Shown: positions 18,996 to 25,633 of the stretch, in pieces
Position numbering within the stretch: position 1 is the first letter of the stretch
Layout of the letters: each line of letters starts with the position of its first letter
NCBI GenBank assembly: GCA_016282395.1
Contig: JAEEKL010000210.1
Span: forward strand, 1-40,278
Source of the DNA: Bacteroidales bacterium
GTDB lineage: Bacteria > Bacteroidota > Bacteroidia > Bacteroidales > WCHB1-69
Direction of reading: 5' to 3'
Length of the DNA: 40,278 nucleotides
Program-made: the position numbers and the translations under genes
The notes under the pieces: generated by a model
What the model saw: the letters and a program-made list of their open reading frames with translations, nothing else
What the model was told of the DNA's origin: nothing
Database searches by the model: none

Positions 18996-19556
18996 ATGCC
19001 TGAAATCACAGACGAGTTCATCTTGTCGTTGTTCAGCAATGAGAAGACCAAAGAGAAGGCCTTCGAGCTGCTTCTGAAAAAATACCAGAAGCATATCTAT
19101 TACAACGCACGCCGTATCGTGACCATCCACGAAGATGCGGATGACGTCACGCAGAACGTGTGCATCAAAATCTGGAGAAACCTTGACAGATTCCGAAGTG
19201 AATCAAGTCTTAAAACCTGGATCTCAAGGATTTGCGTCAACGAGGCATTAACCTATATTGAGAAAAAGAAAAAAATGCTGAATCTGGATGATGACGAGAG
19301 TTACACCGACTTCCTGCTAAAGACCCATGACGATTTCAGTACAGTCACGCCTAACCAAATCGAACAGTTCATGCAGGAGGAAATCGCTAAATTGCCGCCA
19401 AAGCAGCGTGCAGTGTTCACCATGCGTTATTTCGATGAAACCCCCTACGCGGAAATGTCGAAGATTTTCGACACCTCCGAAAGTGCCCTGAAAGCATCCT
19501 ATCATTTCGCCGCAGAAAAAATCAAAAAAAATATTTCCGAACGTTTAACCTTTTAA
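18996..19556 (+). CDS. ECF sigma-70 factor
   Basis: Region 2 DADDVTQNV..LKTWISRICVN and region 4 LPPKQRAVF..YAEMSKIFDTSESALKASYH. Confidence 0.93.
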   Translation: MPEITDEFILSLFSNEKTKEKAFELLLKKYQKHIYYNARRIVTIHEDADDVTQNVCIKIWRNLDRFRSESSLKTWISRICVNEALTYIEKKKKMLNLDDDESYTDFLLKTHDDFSTVTPNQIEQFMQEEIAKLPPKQRAVFTMRYFDETPYAEMSKIFDTSESALKASYHFAAEKIKKNISERLTF

Positions 19557-19592
19557 GCAATCCATAGTCATTAGCTTGTAATTTTAAACATC

Positions 19593-19925
19593 ATGTTCGA
19601 TTTAGACAATATAGAAAAAACAGAGCATTATCAAATCCCGGAAAACTATTTCGAGGAACTTCCCGGAAGAGTCATGCAAAACATCAAACATGAACAGCAA
19701 CGCAGAAAAGCCGTCATCACCTCTGCTGTTGCCGCTGTAGCATGTATTGCTGTTGCCGTTGGCGTTTTCTTCACATTGCATGTTCCGGAAAAAGGGACTG
19801 CCATCACGCAAACAGAACAGCAGGTTACCACTTCTGTTTCCGAAGAGGAAGCACTGGAGACCTTTGCCGCCGACTATTACAGTGAAGAACTGGCCATGAT
19901 GGATTATTACCAATATGCATATTAA
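19593..19925 (+). CDS. Putative single-pass anti-sigma factor
   Basis: YQIPENYFEELPGRV motif followed by one TM helix, directly after the ECF sigma gene. Confidence 0.7.
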   Translation: MFDLDNIEKTEHYQIPENYFEELPGRVMQNIKHEQQRRKAVITSAVAAVACIAVAVGVFFTLHVPEKGTAITQTEQQVTTSVSEEEALETFAADYYSEELAMMDYYQYAY

Positions 19926-19944
19926 CCTATAAAAAGTGAATATC

Positions 19945-20451
19945 ATGAAGAGACTATGGATTTTATTGCTTGTCGCGGCATTATGTGCGACAAATGTACT
20001 CTTTGCGCAGGAGAAAAATCCCAAAGCAATGATACAGGCACGGCTTGAATACATGCAGAAAAACCTGACATTGAGCGGACAAGAAAACCAGAATTTCTGG
20101 AAAGTTTACCAAGAATATCTGAATGCGGAGATGAAAACGATGGACACCTACCGCAAAAATCTTGAGAAACAGGGAATCAAATTGGGAGCACCAGGAACAA
20201 ACAAGGAAATTATCGAGAAATTAACGGACAAGCAGCTCACCTATCTCCAAGATCAAAAATTCGAGATGCGAAAGAACATGCTGAATCTTGAGACCACCTA
20301 CTACAAGAAATTCAAAGCCATCCTGAAGCCTCATACTATCCAAAGGATGTACGACTTGGAATACAAATTCAAGAAAACAATGGCCGAAAAGAAGAAAGAG
20401 GCTAAAAAAGAGGAACCTCTATTTGTGAATCCGGGGAAGAAAAAACGCTAA
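19945..20451 (+). CDS. Periplasmic helical protein of the ECF sigma cluster (sensor/Spy-like)
   Basis: Signal peptide MKRLWILLLVAALCATNVLFA-Q and LTLSGQENQNFWKVYQEY motif. Confidence 0.7.
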   Translation: MKRLWILLLVAALCATNVLFAQEKNPKAMIQARLEYMQKNLTLSGQENQNFWKVYQEYLNAEMKTMDTYRKNLEKQGIKLGAPGTNKEIIEKLTDKQLTYLQDQKFEMRKNMLNLETTYYKKFKAILKPHTIQRMYDLEYKFKKTMAEKKKEAKKEEPLFVNPGKKKR

Positions 20452-20457
20452 AAAAAG

Positions 20458-20479
20458 AGTGCCGAAAGGCACTTTTTTT
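20458..20479 (+). terminator. Intrinsic terminator
   Basis: AGTGCC-GAAA-GGCACT followed by a T-run and preceded by an A-run. Confidence 0.85.
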
Positions 20480-20480
20480 G

Positions 20481-20488
20481 TATCTTTG
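20481..20488 (+). promoter_or_regulatory. Sigma-A -7 box (TATCTTTG) for crt-hbd
   Basis: Matches TAnnTTTG; supports the ATG at 20511 as the true start. Confidence 0.7.
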
Positions 20489-20510
20489 CCCCACTTTTAA
20501 ATTCAAAAGA

Positions 20511-21290
20511 ATGACAAATTACAATTTCCTGAAAATAAGCGTGTCAGATGCAATATGCATCCTTACCATTTCCGCCCCAAAATCGCTTAACGCCTTAAAC
20601 TCCAGTCTCTTGAAAGAGATGGATGATTTCCTGTCGAATCTTGACAAAGACACCCGTGTGCTGATTATCACCGGCGACGGCGAGAAATCCTTTGTTGCAG
20701 GCGCCGACATTTCGGAGATGCAACCGCTGAACGCAGAGGAAGGCGAACGTTTCGGCGCTGCCGGCGCAAAGGTGTTTCGCAAAATTGAGACCTTGCCAAT
20801 CCCTGTCATCGCAGCGGTGAATGGGTTTGCATTGGGCGGCGGTTGCGAATTAGCGCTGGCCTGTGACATCCGGCTTGCCTCCAACCGTGCCAAATTCGGT
20901 CAACCCGAAGTCGGTTTAGGCATCATTCCCGGTTTTTCCGGAACTTACCGCTTGGCCAAAATCGCCGGCATGGGAGTTGCCAAGGAGCTGATTTTCTCCG
21001 GCCGCGCCATCAAGGCTGACGAAGCGCTGCGCATCGGATTGGTCAACGCTGTCTATGAACCCGAACAGCTTTTGGAGGAGGCTATGACTCTCGCCAAACG
21101 CATCGCCAAAAACGCGCCCATTGCAGTTCGTTATGCCAAAGAATGCATCAATGAAGAGTATGACCTGCCCGCTGACGAAGCTATCGCTTTCGAAAGCCGC
21201 ATATTCGGAAAATGTTTCGACACCAAGGACCAGAAAGCCGGCATGACCGCCTTCCTCACCAAGCAGGAGGCCCACTTCAATAACGAATAA
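20511..21290 (+). CDS. crt: Short-chain enoyl-CoA hydratase (crotonase)
   Basis: KSFVAGADISEM, NGFALGGGCE and FGQPEVGLG (both catalytic Glu present); adjacent to hbd. Confidence 0.92.
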   Translation: MTNYNFLKISVSDAICILTISAPKSLNALNSSLLKEMDDFLSNLDKDTRVLIITGDGEKSFVAGADISEMQPLNAEEGERFGAAGAKVFRKIETLPIPVIAAVNGFALGGGCELALACDIRLASNRAKFGQPEVGLGIIPGFSGTYRLAKIAGMGVAKELIFSGRAIKADEALRIGLVNAVYEPEQLLEEAMTLAKRIAKNAPIAVRYAKECINEEYDLPADEAIAFESRIFGKCFDTKDQKAGMTAFLTKQEAHFNNE

Positions 21291-21323
21291 TTATTTATCA
21301 TTCAATAACTTAAATACTTTATT

Positions 21324-22160
21324 ATGAAAATTTGTGTTATAGGAACAGGTACTATGGCCAAAGGTATTGTCAAGGCTTTCGCCGCCAAGATGCCCGTGGT
21401 CATGAAGAGCAGAACCCAAGCCAGCCTTGACAAGGCCATGGGTTCCATTTCAAAGTCTTACGCCAAACTCGTGGAAAAAGGCAAAATCACCGAAGATGCT
21501 ATGAACGCCATCCTCGGCAACATCACAACCACCACAGACTATGCCACCTTCGCTGATGCCGACCTCGTGATTGAGGCCGCCGTGGAGGATATGCAACTGA
21601 AGAAAGACGTCTTCATGGAATTGGACAAAATCTGCAAACCAGAGACGATTTTCGCCACCAACTCCTCCTCTTTGTCCATCACGGAGATTGCCGCTTGCAC
21701 GAGCCGTCCGGCACAGTTTATCGGCTGCCACTTCTTCAACCCCGCCGACCGCATGGCGTTGGTAGAGGTCATCAAGGGTCAGCTCACCTCCGACGAAACC
21801 GCTAAGTGCATCGTCGATTTGACCACGGAGATTGGCAAGACCCCAGTTCCAGTGAACGAAGCTCCCGGATTCGTTGTCAATCGCATCCTCATCCCGATGA
21901 TCAACGAAGCTGTTGGCATTTTAGCTGACGGCATCGCTTCCGCCGAAGACATCGACAAGTGCATGATGCTCGGTGCAAACCACCCCATGGGTCCGCTCGC
22001 ATTGGCCGACCTCATCGGCAACGATGTGAACTTAGCCATCATGGAAGTGCTCTACAAAGAGTTCGGCGATCCTAAATATCGTCCTCACCCGCTGTTGCGC
22101 AAGATGGTCCGCGCCGGACTGCTTGGCAGAAAGACTGGCGAAGGCTTCTACAAATACTAA
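21324..22160 (+). CDS. hbd: 3-hydroxybutyryl-CoA dehydrogenase
   Basis: [45 protein letters not shown] and GANHPMGPL. Confidence 0.94.
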   Translation: MKICVIGTGTMAKGIVKAFAAKMPVVMKSRTQASLDKAMGSISKSYAKLVEKGKITEDAMNAILGNITTTTDYATFADADLVIEAAVEDMQLKKDVFMELDKICKPETIFATNSSSLSITEIAACTSRPAQFIGCHFFNPADRMALVEVIKGQLTSDETAKCIVDLTTEIGKTPVPVNEAPGFVVNRILIPMINEAVGILADGIASAEDIDKCMMLGANHPMGPLALADLIGNDVNLAIMEVLYKEFGDPKYRPHPLLRKMVRAGLLGRKTGEGFYKY

Positions 22161-22210
22161 TCGAGAAAGTGTGTCGCATTATATAGGGATTGTTGGCTAA
22201 TTCTTTTCTT

Positions 22211-22705
22211 ATGATCTCAGTGGTAACATTTGTCCACTGACATCATCTATCTGGAAGCCAACAATGTTAATAACCGCCTGTTTTTTGTTGACAACCGTCA
22301 GATTTCTGTACTTTTACACATAGTTGATCGGGAGTTCTCACCAGAGGACTCCTTTTTTTGACTGTTCGGGGCACCCTGTCAGGCCGCTTCTGCCTGCTGT
22401 CCCTCCAGCAGCCGCTCCGCCAGTCGCACCGCGTTGGCAGTGTGGATTCCGAAGAAGATGTACTGGATCTCCGTCTCCTTCTTCCTCGCCTTGATCTTCC
22501 GCATTGAGGCAATGCTCCTTCTGCGTTCCGAAAAACCCTTCCATTGTTATGGCTCTCACCCTCGCAAGTTCCTATCTCACAAAGCTTTTCTCTTTTGCAG
22601 TCTGCGATGGGCGGCCGCGTTTGACAAAGGAGGTCTGGATGCCGTTCTCCTCGCAGAAGTCCCGGTTGGCCATCCCCGCGTAGCCTGTGTCGCCGCCTAT
22701 CTGAG
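22211..22705 (-). mobile_element. 3' remnant of a Bacteroidales DDE insertion sequence (IS4/IS5-like), decayed
   Basis: 22379-22705 translates as IGGDTGYAGMANRDFCEENGIQTSFVKRGRP..FVR*ELARVRAITMEGFFGTQKEH, then a frameshift to MRKIKARKKETEIQYIFFGIHTANAVRLAERL..AA*. This is the C-terminus of a Prevotella/Bacteroides transposase family. There is an abrupt GC rise at about 22705. The distal element end is uncertain; an imperfect palindrome lies at 22211-22246. Confidence 0.8.
22331..22359 (+). terminator. Intrinsic terminator downstream of crt-hbd, inside presumed IS-derived DNA
   Basis: GGAGTTCTC-ACCA-GAGGACTCC followed by T7. Confidence 0.7.
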
Positions 22706-22711
22706 TAAACA

Positions 22712-23349
22712 GCTGTTTTGTTTACGAGAATGAAATTATCAAAACTAAAAAGAATGCTATCTACGAGTTTTCTCTTGAAATACTCGTTACAGAAACGGTC
22801 GATGACATTGTAGTATCCCTCTTTCCCGTTCCATATACGAAACATGGTCTGCTCTTTGTTAATAGGATCTACCATATAGTAGATATTCTTCAACTCCTCC
22901 AAAGTGTATTCTCGCTCATATCTAAACTGCGATGTTGGAATCAGCCACGATTCCTCTTGTTCTGGTATAAATTCACGTCCTAAGTAAGGAACTGTTTCTC
23001 CGACCTTGAATAGTGTACCTGCTTTATCGAAAAAATAAGGGTTGCCTGCTGTTTTTGGGGAAGACAATTGTGTGTAAGTTATTGCAGTGGGCGAATGCTT
23101 AATCGCCAATAACCTTGACATGCTCAGGAAGCGTGATTTTCCATAAGTTCTCAAAACTTTCAAAAACTCTATTCCCGATTATTTTGACCGTAGAATGGAT
23201 GACAATTTTTTTGACTGGTTTGTAATATACCAGTGTACCCAAGTCCGATGACAATAACGCATCGCCACGCCAAACAAAGTCTGTTCGGAATGTGCCTCCA
23301 GCCAATTTGCGAAATCTCCATCGTTAATATCATAAATGTTTGTTTGCAT
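22712..23349 (-). pseudogene. BspA/TpLRR-type leucine-rich-repeat gene remnant
   Basis: DALLSSDLGTLVYY..IVIHSTVKIIGNRVFESFENLWKITLPEHVKVIGD*AFAHCNNLHTIVFPKN. An in-frame TAA at 23099-23101 interrupts an LRR unit, there are apparent frameshifts on both sides, the DNA is AT-rich, and it is cut off at the IS junction. Confidence 0.7.
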
Positions 23350-23410
23350 AAACCATTATTAATATTACAATGACACAAAACTTTTGAAAAAAGCTTTAAT
23401 TTCTCCTTTT

Positions 23411-23462
23411 TCAACCATCCATCACCTCATCGGCATTCATTGACCATTCATCGCTCTTTCAT
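23411..23462 (-). repeat. ATGA-based 11/10/8-nt array after the HsdR-N gene stop
   Basis: ATGAAAGAGCG ATGAATGGTCA ATGAATGCCG ATGAGGTG ATGGATGG on the minus strand. Confidence 0.6.
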
Positions 23463-23878
23463 TGTCCATTCTTCGCCTCACCGTGAATCTCCCCGCTCCC
23501 GAAATCAATCTCAAACACCTTCTGTTCCACCCCGTTCGTTACGCACAGCAGAGGTGCCTTCAGGATGCTGTTGTAACGACCGGCCTGCTCTACCACCTGC
23601 TGCGTGAGCTTCACGTGCGGGGCCTTGCACTCGACCACCATATACGGCTGCAACTCGTCATCGAAGACCACCAAATCGTAACGCTGGGTCATCCCGTTGA
23701 CCGTCACCGCGTGTTCGACCGAAAGGTGCGACAACGGAAACCCCTTGACATTCAACAGGTAAAGGATGAAAACCTGTCGCACGTGCTCCTCGGGCGTCAT
23801 AACCACCCATTTCTGCCGCACAGGATCGAAAACCTCCTGCTGCGAGCCATTTTCCCGTATTTTAAGGGTATTTGCCAT
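23459..23878 (-). CDS. Stand-alone type I restriction HsdR N-terminal domain protein (PD-(D/E)xK fold)
   Basis: VFDPVRQKWVVMTPEEHVRQ, RYDLVV, VECKAP and VTNG. Confidence 0.88.
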   Translation of the reverse strand: MANTLKIRENGSQQEVFDPVRQKWVVMTPEEHVRQVFILYLLNVKGFPLSHLSVEHAVTVNGMTQRYDLVVFDDELQPYMVVECKAPHVKLTQQVVEQAGRYNSILKAPLLCVTNGVEQKVFEIDFGSGEIHGEAKNGQ

Positions 23879-23909
23879 GTTTTTTTGTTGATCGTTGATG
23901 TATTGTATC

Positions 23910-23977
23910 GCCCCTGTCGGGGCTTTGGGGAAAAAGGAACGGCTTCCTGCTACCGAGCTTTTGTCCCTGTCGGGACA
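23910..23977. repeat. REP-like hairpin doublet
   Basis: GCCCC-TGTC-GGGGC (23910-23923) and TGTCCC-TGTC-GGGACA (23962-23977) share the same loop; CTAC at 23950. Confidence 0.65.
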
Positions 23978-23980
23978 TGT

Positions 23981-24029
23981 TCGCTGTTACCTTTTCACCA
24001 TTCCCTGTTATCTATTGCCTGTTGCCTAA
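23981..24029 (-). repeat. Degenerate heptamer array (7 units, about AYAGGYA)
   Basis: TTAGGCA ACAGGCA ATAGATA ACAGGGA ATGGTGA AAAGGTA ACAGCGA immediately after the nspC stop. Confidence 0.7.
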
Positions 24030-25184
24030 CTATCCCAATTTCGCCTTGTACGAGGCATAATCTCCCGGTTGCGCGAGCATCTCGAACTGGCCGTCCTGAT
24101 GGACGACTCCGATGGCGGGATGCGCCACCCCGTTGAAGAAGGTGGTTTTCACCATCGTGTAGTGGATCATGTCATCGAAGACGATGCGGTCGCCGACCTC
24201 CAACGGCTCGGGGAAGGCGAAGTCGCCCATGCCGATGAAATCGCCGGCCAAGCAGGAACAGCCGCCTAAGCGATAGACGTACTTGCTGTCTTCGTCGGGT
24301 TCGGTGGCGCCGAGCACCGTCGGTTTGTAGGGCATCTCCAAGCAGTCGGGCATGTGGCAGGCGAAGGAGACGTTGAGCATCGCGATTTTGATGCCTTTGT
24401 TCTCCACGATGTCCTCCACGGTGGAGGTGAGCACGCCGGTCTGCCAGCCCACGGCCTCGCCCGGCTCAAGAATCACCTCCTCTAAGTTCGGGTAACGGCT
24501 GCGGAAGTCTTGCAGCAACCTAATGAGGTGTGGGATGTCGTAGTCGGCGCGGGTGATGTGATGCCCGCCGCCCATATTGAACCATTTACACTGTTTGATG
24601 AGGTCGGAGAACTTCTCCTCCGTGGCCTTCAGACAGCGTTCGAGGGCGTAGCTGTCGTTCTCGCAGAGCACGTGGAAGTGCAGGCCCTCGATGCCTTCGG
24701 GCAGGGTGTCGGGCATGTCGTCGCGCAGGATGCCCAAACGCGAGCCCGGCACAGCGGGGTTGTAAAGGACAGTCTCGATTTCCGAATATTCGGGGTTGAT
24801 GCGCAGTCCGAGCGAGACCTTTTTTGGAAAGGCGGCGGCCTGCCCGCGGAACCGCTCATACTGTCCCAACGAATTGAACGTCAGGTGACTGCTGTACATG
24901 AGCAGCTGCTCGAAGTCGTTGTCGGTATAGACGGGCGCGTAGGTGTGCGCCTCGCAGCCCATCTCCTCGGCGATGAGCCGCGCCTCGTTCACGGAGCTGG
25001 CGGTGGCGCCGCTCAACCACTCGTTGATGAGCGGGAACGACGGCCAGAAAGCGTAGCCTTTCAAGGCGCATATAATCTTCACGCCGGCTTCTTTCTGCAC
25101 AAGATCCAGCAGTTGCAGGTTTGCTAACAAAGCCTCCTCGGAGAGGATGTAGCAGGGGGAGGGGAGGGAGTCGTATTGGTTCAT
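24030..25184 (-). CDS. nspC: Carboxynorspermidine/carboxyspermidine decarboxylase
   Basis: CALKG (PLP Lys), GLRINPE, GLHFHVLCE, NMGGGHHIT, LEPGEA, HMPDCLEMPY, CLAGD and HYTMVKTTFFNGV. Confidence 0.95.
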   Translation of the reverse strand: MNQYDSLPSPCYILSEEALLANLQLLDLVQKEAGVKIICALKGYAFWPSFPLINEWLSGATASSVNEARLIAEEMGCEAHTYAPVYTDNDFEQLLMYSSHLTFNSLGQYERFRGQAAAFPKKVSLGLRINPEYSEIETVLYNPAVPGSRLGILRDDMPDTLPEGIEGLHFHVLCENDSYALERCLKATEEKFSDLIKQCKWFNMGGGHHITRADYDIPHLIRLLQDFRSRYPNLEEVILEPGEAVGWQTGVLTSTVEDIVENKGIKIAMLNVSFACHMPDCLEMPYKPTVLGATEPDEDSKYVYRLGGCSCLAGDFIGMGDFAFPEPLEVGDRIVFDDMIHYTMVKTTFFNGVAHPAIGVVHQDGQFEMLAQPGDYASYKAKLG

Positions 25185-25185
25185 A

Positions 25186-25221
25186 GTTTCAAGATTCAAG
25201 TTTCAAGATTCAAGTTTCAGG
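25186..25221. repeat. Heptamer array TTTCAAG/ATTCAAG x5
   Basis: TTTCAAG ATTCAAG TTTCAAG ATTCAAG TTTCAGG, adjacent to the nspC start codon. Confidence 0.85.
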
Positions 25222-25243
25222 TTTGGGTAAAATGCTGAATTGA

Positions 25244-25456
25244 TTATGAATTGTTTTCCACAAGTTTTCCGATGATGAAGAACACCATCCAGAAGATGAG
25301 GACACTTCCGCCTGTTATGGTCATGACGTTGCCTCCGGGCCATTTGCATAACATAAATACTATGCCTAACCCGAAGACAATTAATGCATAAATCAGCAAC
25401 TTTTTCATAAACGCCTTATACGCGGCGGAATGGATCAAATCTTTAATACTGGCCAT
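25244..25456 (-). CDS. Small two-TM protein homologous to the GldL N-terminal membrane domain
   Basis: 70 aa; ungapped alignment to this window's GldL gives 18 identities in the first 49 residues; has its own -7 box at 25476-25483. Confidence 0.8.
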   Translation of the reverse strand: MASIKDLIHSAAYKAFMKKLLIYALIVFGLGIVFMLCKWPGGNVMTITGGSVLIFWMVFFIIGKLVENNS

Positions 25457-25475
25457 AATGATGTTTTTGAAAACG

Positions 25476-25483
25476 CAAAATTA
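25476..25483 (-). promoter_or_regulatory. Sigma-A -7 box (TAATTTTG) for mini-gldL and nspC
   Basis: Matches TAnnTTTG, about 20 nt upstream of the ATG. Confidence 0.65.
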
Positions 25484-25497
25484 CAAAAAATGTGGTA

Positions 25498-25570
25498 TAT
25501 CTCCGCGTAGTTTATCTCCGCGTATCTCGCGTATCTGCACGTATATATTCTACATTCAGCATTCAGCATT
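25498..25570. repeat. Direct repeats TATCTCCGCG x4 (degenerate) followed by ATTCAGC heptamers
   Basis: Units at 25498, 25513, 25523 and 25532; ATTCTAC-ATTCAGC-ATTCAGC-ATT at 25547-25570. Confidence 0.75.
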
Positions 25571-25597
25571 AAAAAGGGGAACCCTTCCGAGTCCCCC
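25571..25597 (-). terminator. Intrinsic terminator of the aminotransferase gene
   Basis: Minus strand GGGGGACTC-GGAA-GGGTTCCCC-TTTTT (two G-U pairs, GNRA loop). Confidence 0.8.
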
Positions 25598-25598
25598 A

Positions 25599-25632
25599 AA
25601 TTACTAATTTCTCATTACTAATTACTAATTGA
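25599..25632. repeat. Heptamer array AATTACT x4-5
   Basis: AATTACT AATTTCT CATTACT AATTACT AATTGA, directly after the aminotransferase stop. Confidence 0.75.
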
Positions 25633-25633
25633 A

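Noticed and set aside
23099-23101. Stop-codon readthrough or recoding in the LRR gene
   Set aside because: The stop is TAA, it is accompanied by frameshifts, and all other genes use the standard code; decay is the simpler explanation.
22267-23163. 298-aa ORF as a genuine novel protein
   Set aside because: It is a chimera: it starts out of frame in the LRR remnant and ends out of frame in the transposase remnant.
23459-23878. Type I restriction-modification or defence system
   Set aside because: Only the stand-alone HsdR-N domain, common in Bacteroidota; no hsdM, hsdS or helicase.
25498-25632. CRISPR array
   Set aside because: Units are 7-12 nt with no unique spacers, and there are no cas genes.
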